A program made the translations under genes and the position numbers. From a virus: 64,000 nt of DNA. Under the pieces are notes generated by a model. That model did no database searches and was not told the origin of the DNA. It saw nothing but the letters and a program-made list of their open reading frames with translations. Below, piece after piece: positions 38,401-47,741 of this stretch. Every line of letters starts with the position of its first letter. The stretch's first letter is position 1. The stretch covers positions 96,001 through 160,000 of IMG/VR virus record IMGVR_UViG_3300029374_000001. The stretch is one strand, 5' to 3'.

Positions 38401-41400
38401 TCATGGATATGGTAAAGGAACTGGAAAACGTAAATTAGCTAAAGCTAAAAAGTTATCTAGCGCTGATACAGAAATTCATGCTACCAATGTAGTTGTTTCT
38501 GCAGATGGAGAAGGATCTTCTGAAGAAAATAAGAGTATATATAGTAAAGCTTGGGAATCTTTAAAGAAACAATATCCTGCTGCTCTTGGTGAAGGTACAG
38601 CAACAGCTTTAGTGGGTGGATTAATTGGTGGTCCGTTTGGATTATTGATTGGTGCCGGACTAGGTGCTGCTAATAATATACTGAAAAGTAATGAAGCAGC
38701 TAGCGAATTGTTATTTGGAGATACCAAGAAACTTAGTATATATGGTAGAATAGGAGGAGGGCTAACTAAACTTCTTCCTAAATCTATGCTTGCTAAAATA
38801 GAAAAAACTAAGAAAACGGCTACTGATATAAAGAACTTTGGTATTGGTGGTGGTGTACTTGGATTGGCTTCTGCTGCTCTTGGTGGACCGGTAGGTTTAC
38901 TTGGCGGTATGATGATTGGTGGAGCTGTAGGTTGGCTTCGTAACAATGCAGAATACCAAAATAAAATGTTTGGCAGAACCATATTCTCTAAAGATAAGTT
39001 TAATTTATCTAAATGGCTGAAAGAACATCCTAAACTTAAGAAAATGGGTATAGGTGGTGTAGTAGGCGGATTTATTGGTGGACCATTTGGTATACTTGGT
39101 GGTATGGCTGCTGGTGCTGCTATAGACTACGTTTCTAATTCCACCAAATTCCAAGACTTCTTATTTGGACCTCGTAAAAAAGACGTTAATGGTAGAGATA
39201 CCAATGAACGCGATTTCGAATCTGGGTTCTTAGGTAAGTCTTTGAATAAGATGATTGCTCCTATAAGAAATTTTGGAGATAAATTTGCAGATTATGTTAG
39301 AGAAGGTTTTGTAGAACCTATGCAAAGAGCTATAGTTCCTGTGGGTAAAGCGATGCAAGTAGGAACTAAAAATACATATAAACTAGTAGAAAGAATAATG
39401 AGTACCATATTTAGTCCTAAGTTAAAATTACCATTCTGGAAAAACTTTGGTAGATGGATGGAGACTAATAAGAAATCTAAATTACTAACGGGTATGCTTG
39501 GTGGTGGTGCTGCCGGATATATGACTGGTGGTCCATTGGGAGCTATTCTCGGTGGTGTATTAGGAGCCGGAGCTCATTATACTGGCGTAGATAAATGGAT
39601 GGTTAAAGCAGGAGCGTGGTTAGGAAAACGTCCTGGCTGGTTATTGGATAAAGGAACTAATCGTCTAAATAAATGGCTGATTAATAGTGGCAATGCAGAT
39701 CATATGACCGCTAAAGAGCGTATTAATTTTATGGATACTCATGGGTATTCATATACAGGTTCTAAAGGTCAAGCCATGCAATCTAATGATCGTCTTATGA
39801 TGGATTCTTCTTTAGCTGAAATTAAAGTCATGAAAGATTATGTAGACTTAATTCAAATGGTTAAGTCTGGTAAGAAAATGACTAAAGAAAAAGTTGCTGC
39901 TAAAGTTATTAAGATGATCAAAGATTCTCCATTAGATGATCCAAGTCAAAGAGAAATTGTTGATTTAATTAGAGGCATTCAGGAAAATTCTACAGATAAG
40001 GCAGCAATATCCGCTTCAGTATCCAGTATTATTGGAATTATTAATGAATCTGATATTCCTGATCATAAGAAACAAGATCTGATTTCTAAAGTGCAAGATG
40101 TCGTTCCTTTGGTTGCTCAAATTGGAGCAGTATCTGAAGAAGCTAAGAAAAGAATATCTAATATTAAAGGAATAAAATATACAACTAAGAAAGGTAAGAC
40201 TGGATATTTTAATTTAGACGCATATGAAGGTGATCTTAGTAAAGCATCTTCTTACCTGGAAAAAGAAGCTAAAGCTAAAATAGAAGCCGGAGATACCAAA
40301 GAAAATGATCCAGAAGTTATGCTTTTAGATGAGTCTAAGATTCAGAATCAATTGACTAGAGAATCTAATGATCTTTTAAGAGTTATTGCCCAATTAACTG
40401 CTGGAGAAAAAGTCGATCTGAATGGTATTGGTAAATATAGTAGTTTCGGTTTAGCTACAAGCGCATCTGCATCTGGTGTAGAAAGCGGAACTAAAGTTAG
40501 ATCTGATTTAGATGCTATTGGGCGTATGCAAACTGTTATTGACTTTAATAGAAAATTCAATACAGTCTTTGATGCTACAAATGATGATGTTTATAAAAAG
40601 CATTTCTCTAATAAAAATAATTTAGAGTTTGTTATGAATTATAGTGGCCATATATCACCACGTATGGCTAACTATATTCGTATGCTTCCTTCTAAAATTA
40701 CTAAAGAAGAATTTGAAAGACTTGTATACATAGACAACCATACATCTATTTCAGAACAAAGTATGGATATGGTGGCCGCTGTTCTTCGTCTTAAAGATAG
40801 TGAATGGAAGAATAGAATTAAACCATTGGCTAAACATGGATTCCCATTAACTGGAAGCTTACAGCAGATCATAGATATGGATAAAGAAGATTATGATCAT
40901 ATGCTGAAAGAATTTACGGTTGCTCATAAAGCTATAGAATCCACTGAACTTGGTAAAACGGTTACTCAAGAAGATTGGGTTAAGAATCATAAAGATATCA
41001 ATCGTTTTAATACTGGGCAGCATAGTCGAATTACATTATTCAATGATCAAAATTCTACTACAAAAACTGGATTGAGTGGAGCTGCAGCAGGTATGTTCTT
41101 AGATCCTACTGGCGTTTCTGCTGTAGCGGCCGCTGCTATGTATGCGCTACAGAAAATTATACCTAGTATGGATTTCTTCCAGACTCACAATGCTGGAGAT
41201 CATGCGCAAGAATTAGCAGAAACCATTAAGGGTAAAGCCAGAGGTGGATATATTTCTAAATCTGGTTTATATATGCTATCTAAAGGTGAAGCTGTCCGAG
41301 GCTTTGCTGGTGGAACATCTACTGGTAAAGTCATTGAAATGGTTGATGGTCATCCTAAAGAATTTAAATATACATCTGAAGGCAGCTTAGAAGAAACCAA

Positions 41401-44293
41401 CTCTAAGATGAATAAGGATGCTAATGAAGCTATTGCTAAGAAAGAATCTAGATGGGACGATGTACTTGGCTATTTCAAGATTAAGTATAAGACTCTTAAA
41501 GAAGAAACTAAAACTAAAGGCAGAAACTTATTGGGTAAAGCTAAAGGATTCTTAAAAGGTGGATTGATGGGAGCTCTTGGAGATCTCTTCAGAGCTTTAG
41601 ATCCCACTGGCGGATTAGCAACCGATGCACTTGGTTCTGCAGGAAGCTGGATGTGGCGTGGAGCTGGTAGATTAGCCAGAGGTGCTGGTCGATTTATAAG
41701 TAAAGCTGCTAAATTCTTACCAGGTAAATTTAGAGTACTTGGTGGAGTATTAGGCGGATTGGTTGGAGCTGGAGCAGAAGAAGCTGCTATTGCTAAAAAA
41801 GTAGAAACTGCTGAAAATGCTGTTCCTGAATCTGCCGAAGAACCAATTCAGTCATTTATTGCTAAGAAACTGGCTGGTATTAGTGCAGGTATCATTGGAT
41901 TGGCTGGAACTGTAGCCGGTGCTGGTAGTTTTGGCGGAGGTGGTCTCGGAGGAGCAGCAAACCTCGCTGCCGATGTAGCTATGACGGCGGCCGGAAGTAA
42001 AGCTTTATCCAAAGGAGCTAATGCAATCAAAACCAGTACCAAAGTCGCCAGTACAACTACTAAAGCTGCAACAGAATCTGCCGAACATACTGGATTCCTC
42101 GGTAAAGTGGCTGGATATGTCAGAAGTGGTTTGAGTAAAATCTTTGGTGTTGTTGCTAAACTCGTACCAGACAATGTCGCTAAAGTTCTTCCCAGATTAG
42201 GAGAAACGATTGGTAAAAAGATTATGAGTAAATCCGCCCTTCCAAATTTGGGTAAATTAATTGCTAAATTTGTTGGTGGATCTATACCATTCTTTAATGT
42301 AGCTGTCGGAGCATGGATAGCCGGTAATGCTATATTAGACTATAACAATGGTTGTGATAAAGCCGAAGAAATTGCTGGAAGACCATCTGATGGTAGTGAA
42401 ATTGGAGACGGCATAAAATGCATGTGTGGTATCTCCAATGCTATTTCGGAATTCCTTTGTGGTTTTATTTCTCCTCAAACAATCTTCCGTATGATGAATA
42501 GTGTAGCCGGAACCGAAGCTAAAGATTACGTAGACCCAACCAACCCCAGTCAAGCTATGAAAGATAATCAAGATAATAAAGGCTGGGGAGAAACAATAAT
42601 AGACAAAGCTAAAGAGCTCGGATCAAATATATATGATTCTGCTACGAAAATGGTTAGTGGTGCATATAATTGGTTTAAAGATGGAGTTACTAATCTCTTT
42701 GGTGGAAATAAAGATACGTCTAAACCGGGTACCGGTGGCCTATATCCTGGCAGATCTCCGTATTCTCATAACACTAAACCTGCATCTAGATTTGGAAGAA
42801 ATATTCCAAATAGAGTTCCCTATGGTGTTGGTGGCGGAGAAGGAATGGATAATAAATCTGTTATTTGGAATTATCTCAAAGGACTTGGTTTAGGATCTAA
42901 TGCCATTGCTGGTATTATGGGTAATATGGAAGCCGAATCTTCATTTGATCCTACGATTGTTGAAGGTGGTGGACATGCTCAGGAAATAACCGTTAATGGT
43001 AGTACTGGTTATGGCCTTTGCCAATGGACATCTGCTGATAGACAGCAAGGTCTCGTAGATTATGCTAAATCTAAAGGAACTTCTACAAGCGATATCAAAA
43101 CACAGTTAGATTATATGCTTATGGAAGCTGAAAGAGATAATCCCGGTTTAATTCAAAGAATGAATGCGGCTAAGAGTCCTCACGATGCTGCTATATTATT
43201 CCATAGAGAATTTGAACGTTCTGCTGATGATTTAGGAATGGAATCTCGTAGAGGTCGTATGGCCGAAGCTGTTGCTAATGATTTGGGTGGCGGTAATTTC
43301 TTCTCTGGCGCTTGGAAAGGAATCCAAAATGCTTTAGGTTTTGGCGGTAATGGATCTTCACAAGGCCAACAACAATCTGGAGATGGTGGCATCTTTGGAA
43401 TGATCAACGACTGGTTCAAGCAGCAGATGGGTCAATATGACTTCTTGTTTGGATCTGATTCTTCTGCTGGTGGTAGCAGAGGAGGCGGAAGCGGCGGTAA
43501 TGGTGGCGGTGGTGGATCTTTTGGATCTCCGCTTGGAAACGCTGGAAATGTTGAAGGCGGTTCTGCATTATCATACGTTCTGAACGGAATCAAAGCACAG
43601 GATCCTGGTGCTCAAATCACTGCTCCATACGCTGAAGCAAATCACTTTGGTCATGTTCATGGTGGTGTAGATATTGGCGCCAATGCTGGGACTAAGATTC
43701 CTTCACCAGTTAATGGCGTCGTTGTAGACAATAATAGAGTATCTGGAAGCGGATATGGTAATTATATTCAGATCAAAGATGATAAAGGAAACTTCCACCT
43801 ATTCCCACATATGGACGTTCCATCTACATTGTCTGAAGGTACTCGAGTTCATGTTGGAGATTATGTAGGTACAATAGGATCTACTGGTAACTCTACAGGT
43901 CCTCATTTACATTATCAGATTGATCCTCCATCTAATGAAGGAGCGTCTTCTGGTGGAGATCATATCGATCCTGGTTCATACCCCGGACCAACTCCGAGTG
44001 CTAACCAGATGGCTATTGATCTTGGTGCTAATAAAGACTTGGATCGAGCTATTGGTGGACCTAACCCTGGAGATGAACTGAAAACAGATTATACAGATCA
44101 GTTAAATCAGGTTATCCAGTTATTAGGTGCTATCTTAGCAGCTATTCAGGCTACTGGCGGTGCTGGTAATCCAACTCTTGTTGCAGCTGGACCTGGTATT
44201 GATCAAGCAGTAACCAATAAGATTCTTTCCTCTACTCCAACACAAAGTATTGCAAAGATTCTTTCCTCTATGATTGGTTTATCTAAACACTAA
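35444..44293 (+). CDS. tape-measure-like giant virion protein (about 2950 aa) with lysozyme-like and peptidase M23 domains
   Basis: Long ORF. The track start at 35312 overlaps the upstream gene, so I prefer the TTG at 35444, 6 nt after AAAGGAGGA; an ATG at 35426 precedes the SD. There are repeated Gly-rich hydrophobic segments (GGLIGGPFGLLIGAGLGAANN, GGPVGLLGGMMIGGAVGW, GGFIGGPFGILGGMAAGAAIDY) typical of Firmicutes phage tape-measure proteins. A tail-lysozyme-type motif is present (GLGSNAIAGIMGNMEAESSFDPT...GYGLCQWT). The C-terminal M23/LytM signature is HFGHVHGGVDIGA...GNYIQIKDDKGNFHLFPHMD...GSTGNSTGPHLHYQI (HxxxD ... HxH). Confidence 0.65.
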   Translation: MPKLPIVKNYLKNVAKSVKYVAINEVREAFPMPFSMAEANADLTHEARAMFRNKGNIKRVQNQFLQSDVFKAGNEIYRNSMSSIKTGKFYDKARSDKADNAFFKKMMGGEDFDFDLSEDINDVDTESQDDSQASLDSLGDDLDNLGLGIDSSLKTTASAISATVMDSAKYTSETVKNTAAISYMQSLRTMKVLEAGFSSVSAGMKNIIKFQNERLNTHIQNATKFFDTSTNLLTEQNAMMKEMLEMQRNLYNSTRNGNINRRESHNAYNDIMGFGGAFDAKKYLKNIKSNIINSAEFSPFQMLWDMKDLLMANPLEFVVSGTLINLMGGDKVKRQLGKLQKTMSGLFGHFLNQMDKWSNEGGIKGFLGSILGINQSEKARVDTANFERGAMQFNGIAQKAITDVIPGYLARIESALTGQEERFYDMKTGRWTNVTGIHKQFSSRYHSSDNAGMDEITNVFKKVLSNTDLKNINGNSYSQEEVSKIVNVVLNGILKNNGSYKDFDNAKDFFKQFGYTTGNSKRDNNLEDFVRAIAINLNHSTRAGLVHDIRSAKGAKNNLANDISNDPYDLMRKLMDNGLGGWKYADRAVDDLSYGYTDSYEERMYSGGTGGRGRRNKRKAQKLSPGPSLTTKYVAPTSVKKNDFNVFATFDIDDINAFPEGRDLIKYITDLDHVSSISGMNKSVINFINKITEFGISSYPNNSFEELIYYVLNGGDESFKAIRKAATSFYALPIPVRVFLEELYYKIHPKDKITSSEMAAKEAAKDDDYENNSKTLGDYKGNGFLDKLKRAKGFDKFGVIKAYTQDLAKTPMHAMAGIIAKVDSLIYTAFFGDKRVKDANGKEITGFIQRIGYEIGTTFTKARDWLKEKLFGEGFGRKFREGATQFGQRMFSGIKSSLGSFYNEVVGSENAADDVISNQDASKINLPGKAKGMGYVPHTGLYMLSRGEAVVPSKDNPDNPFRGSASIARDMANEKAVGASMGINVVHGYGKGTGKRKLAKAKKLSSADTEIHATNVVVSADGEGSSEENKSIYSKAWESLKKQYPAALGEGTATALVGGLIGGPFGLLIGAGLGAANNILKSNEAASELLFGDTKKLSIYGRIGGGLTKLLPKSMLAKIEKTKKTATDIKNFGIGGGVLGLASAALGGPVGLLGGMMIGGAVGWLRNNAEYQNKMFGRTIFSKDKFNLSKWLKEHPKLKKMGIGGVVGGFIGGPFGILGGMAAGAAIDYVSNSTKFQDFLFGPRKKDVNGRDTNERDFESGFLGKSLNKMIAPIRNFGDKFADYVREGFVEPMQRAIVPVGKAMQVGTKNTYKLVERIMSTIFSPKLKLPFWKNFGRWMETNKKSKLLTGMLGGGAAGYMTGGPLGAILGGVLGAGAHYTGVDKWMVKAGAWLGKRPGWLLDKGTNRLNKWLINSGNADHMTAKERINFMDTHGYSYTGSKGQAMQSNDRLMMDSSLAEIKVMKDYVDLIQMVKSGKKMTKEKVAAKVIKMIKDSPLDDPSQREIVDLIRGIQENSTDKAAISASVSSIIGIINESDIPDHKKQDLISKVQDVVPLVAQIGAVSEEAKKRISNIKGIKYTTKKGKTGYFNLDAYEGDLSKASSYLEKEAKAKIEAGDTKENDPEVMLLDESKIQNQLTRESNDLLRVIAQLTAGEKVDLNGIGKYSSFGLATSASASGVESGTKVRSDLDAIGRMQTVIDFNRKFNTVFDATNDDVYKKHFSNKNNLEFVMNYSGHISPRMANYIRMLPSKITKEEFERLVYIDNHTSISEQSMDMVAAVLRLKDSEWKNRIKPLAKHGFPLTGSLQQIIDMDKEDYDHMLKEFTVAHKAIESTELGKTVTQEDWVKNHKDINRFNTGQHSRITLFNDQNSTTKTGLSGAAAGMFLDPTGVSAVAAAAMYALQKIIPSMDFFQTHNAGDHAQELAETIKGKARGGYISKSGLYMLSKGEAVRGFAGGTSTGKVIEMVDGHPKEFKYTSEGSLEETNSKMNKDANEAIAKKESRWDDVLGYFKIKYKTLKEETKTKGRNLLGKAKGFLKGGLMGALGDLFRALDPTGGLATDALGSAGSWMWRGAGRLARGAGRFISKAAKFLPGKFRVLGGVLGGLVGAGAEEAAIAKKVETAENAVPESAEEPIQSFIAKKLAGISAGIIGLAGTVAGAGSFGGGGLGGAANLAADVAMTAAGSKALSKGANAIKTSTKVASTTTKAATESAEHTGFLGKVAGYVRSGLSKIFGVVAKLVPDNVAKVLPRLGETIGKKIMSKSALPNLGKLIAKFVGGSIPFFNVAVGAWIAGNAILDYNNGCDKAEEIAGRPSDGSEIGDGIKCMCGISNAISEFLCGFISPQTIFRMMNSVAGTEAKDYVDPTNPSQAMKDNQDNKGWGETIIDKAKELGSNIYDSATKMVSGAYNWFKDGVTNLFGGNKDTSKPGTGGLYPGRSPYSHNTKPASRFGRNIPNRVPYGVGGGEGMDNKSVIWNYLKGLGLGSNAIAGIMGNMEAESSFDPTIVEGGGHAQEITVNGSTGYGLCQWTSADRQQGLVDYAKSKGTSTSDIKTQLDYMLMEAERDNPGLIQRMNAAKSPHDAAILFHREFERSADDLGMESRRGRMAEAVANDLGGGNFFSGAWKGIQNALGFGGNGSSQGQQQSGDGGIFGMINDWFKQQMGQYDFLFGSDSSAGGSRGGGSGGNGGGGGSFGSPLGNAGNVEGGSALSYVLNGIKAQDPGAQITAPYAEANHFGHVHGGVDIGANAGTKIPSPVNGVVVDNNRVSGSGYGNYIQIKDDKGNFHLFPHMDVPSTLSEGTRVHVGDYVGTIGSTGNSTGPHLHYQIDPPSNEGASSGGDHIDPGSYPGPTPSANQMAIDLGANKDLDRAIGGPNPGDELKTDYTDQLNQVIQLLGAILAAIQATGGAGNPTLVAAGPGIDQAVTNKILSSTPTQSIAKILSSMIGLSKH

Positions 44294-44308
44294 TATACTA
44301 TAATATGC

Positions 44309-44338
44309 TTGGGAAGCTCAAATATTTGAGCTTCCCAA
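44309..44338 (+). terminator. rho-independent terminator after the tape-measure-like gene
   Basis: TTGGGAAGCTCAAATATTTGAGCTTCCCAA followed by CATTATATTAATTTTTT. Confidence 0.6.
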
Positions 44339-44380
44339 CATTATATTAATTTTTTACTGAGAGAAAAGAAAGGAGTAATC

Positions 44381-46522
44381 ATGCAGCTGATCGTAAAATC
44401 AAACTCATTAGATATACATGAAGATTGCAACTTTTCCTCAAAAGTTATACATAAACTAAGCAAAGATGATCCCATTATCAAATTAGCTAATGTAGGATTA
44501 TGGATGAAAATATCATATAAAGAATATACTGGATGGGTATATCCATTTAATTCTAAAGATGGGTTTTGTATTGTAGATAAAGATCTTATTAAAGAGAATT
44601 CTATTAAAGTAGGATCTGTATGCACAATCAAATCTAATACAGGAGACTTAGTCACATATAGGGATAAACATAAACGAGTCTTAACGGTTGTAGAAGATAA
44701 GACCAGTTTATATTTTTCTATTGTAGGGGAAGCTTCTAATGGATATGTATATATTAGAAGCAGAACTTCTGATAAGCAATACGAAGTTAAGAAATCAGAT
44801 ATCACTATTATAGAACAAAAAGCAGACCATAAATTTTACAGTTCTAACGCTGCTGAACCAAATGGTGGCGGTGGAGGTAAAATACCAGAAGATAAATCGG
44901 TTACTACTAAAGCGGCTGATTTTTTTAATCAACGGTTTTCTAATAGTGATATAGAAAAAATTCAAGATTCTGTAAACAGCTATTTTTATTCAAAGAACTC
45001 TGAATCCTTAGATAATGTGGTCACTTTAACTAAGATTAATTTGAATTCGCTTAGATCTATCTTTGGTATGCCCTATCAATATCTTCCAGTAGCTGATTTA
45101 AGAGTAAAAAGTACCGGGGTAGGATATGAATCATCCACTACTCCTTTAACAGATATTGCTGCTATAGGTATTAAATATAGAGAAAAGATTTTATCTCGTA
45201 TGCCATTCTGTATCTTCATGCCCGGTATGGTTGATTTCATGCCTAATTATAATTCTGCTGAAAAAGAGGATATATTGAAAGGCGTCGTTGATGAAAATAG
45301 TACCTGGAATGGTTTAAGAAAAGTTGCTGAAGGAAAAACCAGAGGTTCTTATTATAACTTTTATCCTGCATATTCTTTATACTATAGATACGTGAATGCT
45401 ATTTGTAGAATGGCTGCTATCTTTATGGGTGTAGGAGATCGAGTTGTATATGGAAATACTCCTCTCAGCAAGTTTGACTGGAGATCATTATCTCCAGACA
45501 CAATTTCTAAATCTTCTTTTTATCATGGCTCTGTTTTGTACTATCTGAATACAGAAAACCAGATATCAGAAAGTTTCAGCAACTCTACTACACAATCTCA
45601 ATTAGCACAAAAAACAAATGCGGTATCCGAACAAGCCAGAGAATTAATGTTCCTATCTAATACGGCAGTTGATGTAACTGCAGCCGCTTCAAAAGTAGCT
45701 AGTAGTGCTGTTAGCTCTGGGCTAAATAATACACAGCAGTTGTTTGAGAATATCAAAGCCAAAGTAGGAAGCGGTATGAGTTCTTCTCAGGGTGCTGTAG
45801 CCGCTATATTGAATGGATTGCATAATACTATCGCTGGTTCTAAAATGTTATTCCCAGAACTTTGGCAAGATTCTCAGTTCAGTAGAGATTATTCGGTCAA
45901 TGTTAAATTTGGGTCTCCAGATAATGACCCATTATCTATTTATCTGAATATTATTGTTCCACTAATTCACACGGTTTGTTTAGCAGCTCCTAAATATACT
46001 GGCCCAAATACATATACTGCTCCATTTTTGGTTAGAGCATTCTATCAAGGATTCTTTAATGTAAATATGGGTATTATTACAGATCTTTCTATTACTAAAG
46101 GTAATGAAGGTGCTTGGACATATGATAACGTTCCAACTACATTAGAACTTCGTATTAGTATTAAAGATCTTTTTGGAACTAACTTTATGAGTATGGGACA
46201 GAATGAAAATAATATGGATCTGAATGTACTATCTAATCAACCATTTGTAGATTATATAGCTAATACTTGTGGTATTAATATAGACGAACCGGATTATCCA
46301 AGAGCATGGAAAATGATGAAGATGATCCTTAGTCCCGAAGCTAAGGTTAAAGATACAGTTCGGTCTGTACGGGAAGCGTTCTTTGAAACTTATACACAAG
46401 CAACTGCTCGTACATATGGTTCTATTATTGGATTGCATCCTGGAAATATTCGATTGTTTGATCTTGTTACTATTGGTACGGGTCAAGCCACTCAAGCTAT
46501 ATTAAATAAGATAAATAAGTAA
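44381..46522 (+). CDS. virion-associated protein with two N-terminal SH3b-like cell-wall-binding repeats, a Gly5 linker and a large C-terminal domain
   Basis: 713-aa ORF with a strong SD (AAAGGAGTAATC-ATG). Residues about 20-150 form two roughly 65-aa repeats with the SH3b-type pattern (..LANVGLWMKISYKEYTGWVYPFNSKDGFCIV.. and ..VGSVCTIKSNTGDLVTYRDKHKRVLTVVEDKTSLYFSIVGEASNGYVYI..), followed by NGGGGGKIPEDK. It sits immediately downstream of the tape-measure gene, which would fit a distal-tail or tail-associated protein, but that is an inference. Confidence 0.55.
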   Translation: MQLIVKSNSLDIHEDCNFSSKVIHKLSKDDPIIKLANVGLWMKISYKEYTGWVYPFNSKDGFCIVDKDLIKENSIKVGSVCTIKSNTGDLVTYRDKHKRVLTVVEDKTSLYFSIVGEASNGYVYIRSRTSDKQYEVKKSDITIIEQKADHKFYSSNAAEPNGGGGGKIPEDKSVTTKAADFFNQRFSNSDIEKIQDSVNSYFYSKNSESLDNVVTLTKINLNSLRSIFGMPYQYLPVADLRVKSTGVGYESSTTPLTDIAAIGIKYREKILSRMPFCIFMPGMVDFMPNYNSAEKEDILKGVVDENSTWNGLRKVAEGKTRGSYYNFYPAYSLYYRYVNAICRMAAIFMGVGDRVVYGNTPLSKFDWRSLSPDTISKSSFYHGSVLYYLNTENQISESFSNSTTQSQLAQKTNAVSEQARELMFLSNTAVDVTAAASKVASSAVSSGLNNTQQLFENIKAKVGSGMSSSQGAVAAILNGLHNTIAGSKMLFPELWQDSQFSRDYSVNVKFGSPDNDPLSIYLNIIVPLIHTVCLAAPKYTGPNTYTAPFLVRAFYQGFFNVNMGIITDLSITKGNEGAWTYDNVPTTLELRISIKDLFGTNFMSMGQNENNMDLNVLSNQPFVDYIANTCGINIDEPDYPRAWKMMKMILSPEAKVKDTVRSVREAFFETYTQATARTYGSIIGLHPGNIRLFDLVTIGTGQATQAILNKINK

Positions 46523-46537
46523 ATTAAACAAAACATA

Positions 46538-46567
46538 ATCTTGAAGAGCATTAATGCTCTTCAAGAT
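46538..46567 (+). terminator. hairpin terminator (ATCTTGAAGAGCATTAATGCTCTTCAAGAT)
   Basis: A 13-bp stem 16 nt after the stop codon. Confidence 0.55.
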
Positions 46568-46590
46568 TTATAGTATCAGGTGGTAGATAT

Positions 46591-47298
46591 ATGAAGAAAC
46601 GCAATCAGAAAATGAAAGAATACGAATCTAAGTATTCCAAAATACCCAGAGATTATAACGAACGTTTAGCTTGGATGTATGATAAACTTCATATCAATTC
46701 AGTTAAAGCAGATACAGTCATAGCCAATTATAATACAATGAAAGATATATTGTATTATAAACGATACAAAGTCATTCTGTATGAAGTTCCAGAAGGATCT
46801 CCCAGACCCAGAATGAGATTAATTAATAGAAAAAACTTTGCTAATATGGCTATGAAGAACTCTAACTTTATTCAAGTCTATTCTCCTGTGGGAGCAGAAG
46901 ATAATAAGTTTATGAAGAAATTAGTATCCAACCAAGAGTTCAATCAATTACATCATTTGATTTATACTCCCTGTATTGTACATTATGAGGCTTATTTAAA
47001 GACCCCCAGTACATATAATGCAGTCGATACATATTTAGCCGAATTAGGAATTCATAGGCCCATAAACAAGCCTGATTGGGACAATATAGGAAAGAAATAT
47101 TGTGATATGACCAATGAGAACTTATGGGTGGATGATAGGCTGGTCATTAAAGGAACAGTAGAAAAATATTATTCTATATTGCCTAGAATAGAAATTACGA
47201 TTGATTATCTGAATATGCTTACCAATAGTAAGCAGGCAGAATCGATTAGTAAAGCTTATAAAGGCGATATTCGATATTTTGGTGATGGTAGGTGTTAA
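46591..47298 (+). CDS. hypothetical protein (235 aa)
   Basis: ORF with SD GGTGGTAG. It is followed by an overlapping-start gene. Confidence 0.5.
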   Translation: MKKRNQKMKEYESKYSKIPRDYNERLAWMYDKLHINSVKADTVIANYNTMKDILYYKRYKVILYEVPEGSPRPRMRLINRKNFANMAMKNSNFIQVYSPVGAEDNKFMKKLVSNQEFNQLHHLIYTPCIVHYEAYLKTPSTYNAVDTYLAELGIHRPINKPDWDNIGKKYCDMTNENLWVDDRLVIKGTVEKYYSILPRIEITIDYLNMLTNSKQAESISKAYKGDIRYFGDGRC

Positions 47299-47299
47299 A

Positions 47300-47689
47300 A
47301 TGAATTGTGATAGTGATAATCTTCATGATACAATATTGAATGATTCTAAGAAATACAACCGGCTTGGCTGTATAGAATATAAATTAGAAGAAATTGATTT
47401 CTTTAATAAAGAACGAGTCGATAGACTAATGGAAATTATTAAAGAAGATGAAAAATTAAAAGATATGGTGATAGATATTAAAGTTCTTCCTCATCACAAG
47501 ATATGGTTTATGATTGATAAATCTTATAATGAAAGAGAACTCAATTATTTCCCTCTTATATCTGCATGTATTAAAAAACTCTTAACGGAAAATAAAGAAT
47601 TCTTAATGGATAAATTAGGATCACAAGATGCAGTAAGACTTGTGTTCGATAGTATTATTCTCTTATGCCAATTTGTATGTATAAAATAA
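47300..47689 (+). CDS. hypothetical protein (129 aa)
   Basis: ATG at 47300, 6 nt after AGGTG and 1 nt after the upstream stop. The track ORF 47279 start would overlap. Confidence 0.5.
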   Translation: MNCDSDNLHDTILNDSKKYNRLGCIEYKLEEIDFFNKERVDRLMEIIKEDEKLKDMVIDIKVLPHHKIWFMIDKSYNERELNYFPLISACIKKLLTENKEFLMDKLGSQDAVRLVFDSIILLCQFVCIK

Positions 47690-47701
47690 AAAGCAATAGA
47701 T

Positions 47702-47729
47702 ATCCATAGACTCATATGAGTCTATGGAT
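47702..47729. terminator. bidirectional hairpin between convergent genes (ATCCATAGACTCATATGAGTCTATGGAT)
   Basis: Perfect 28-nt palindrome of the CCATAG family between the + gene ending at 47689 and the - gene ending at 47742. Confidence 0.6.
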
Positions 47730-47741
47730 AATTTTATATGT

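Noticed and set aside
38476-38982. Pro/Ala-rich antisense ORFs inside the tape-measure gene (also 41848..42174 and 43180..43419)
   Set aside because: They mirror Gly codons (GGN) read on the opposite strand and have no SD, so they are classic antisense artefacts.
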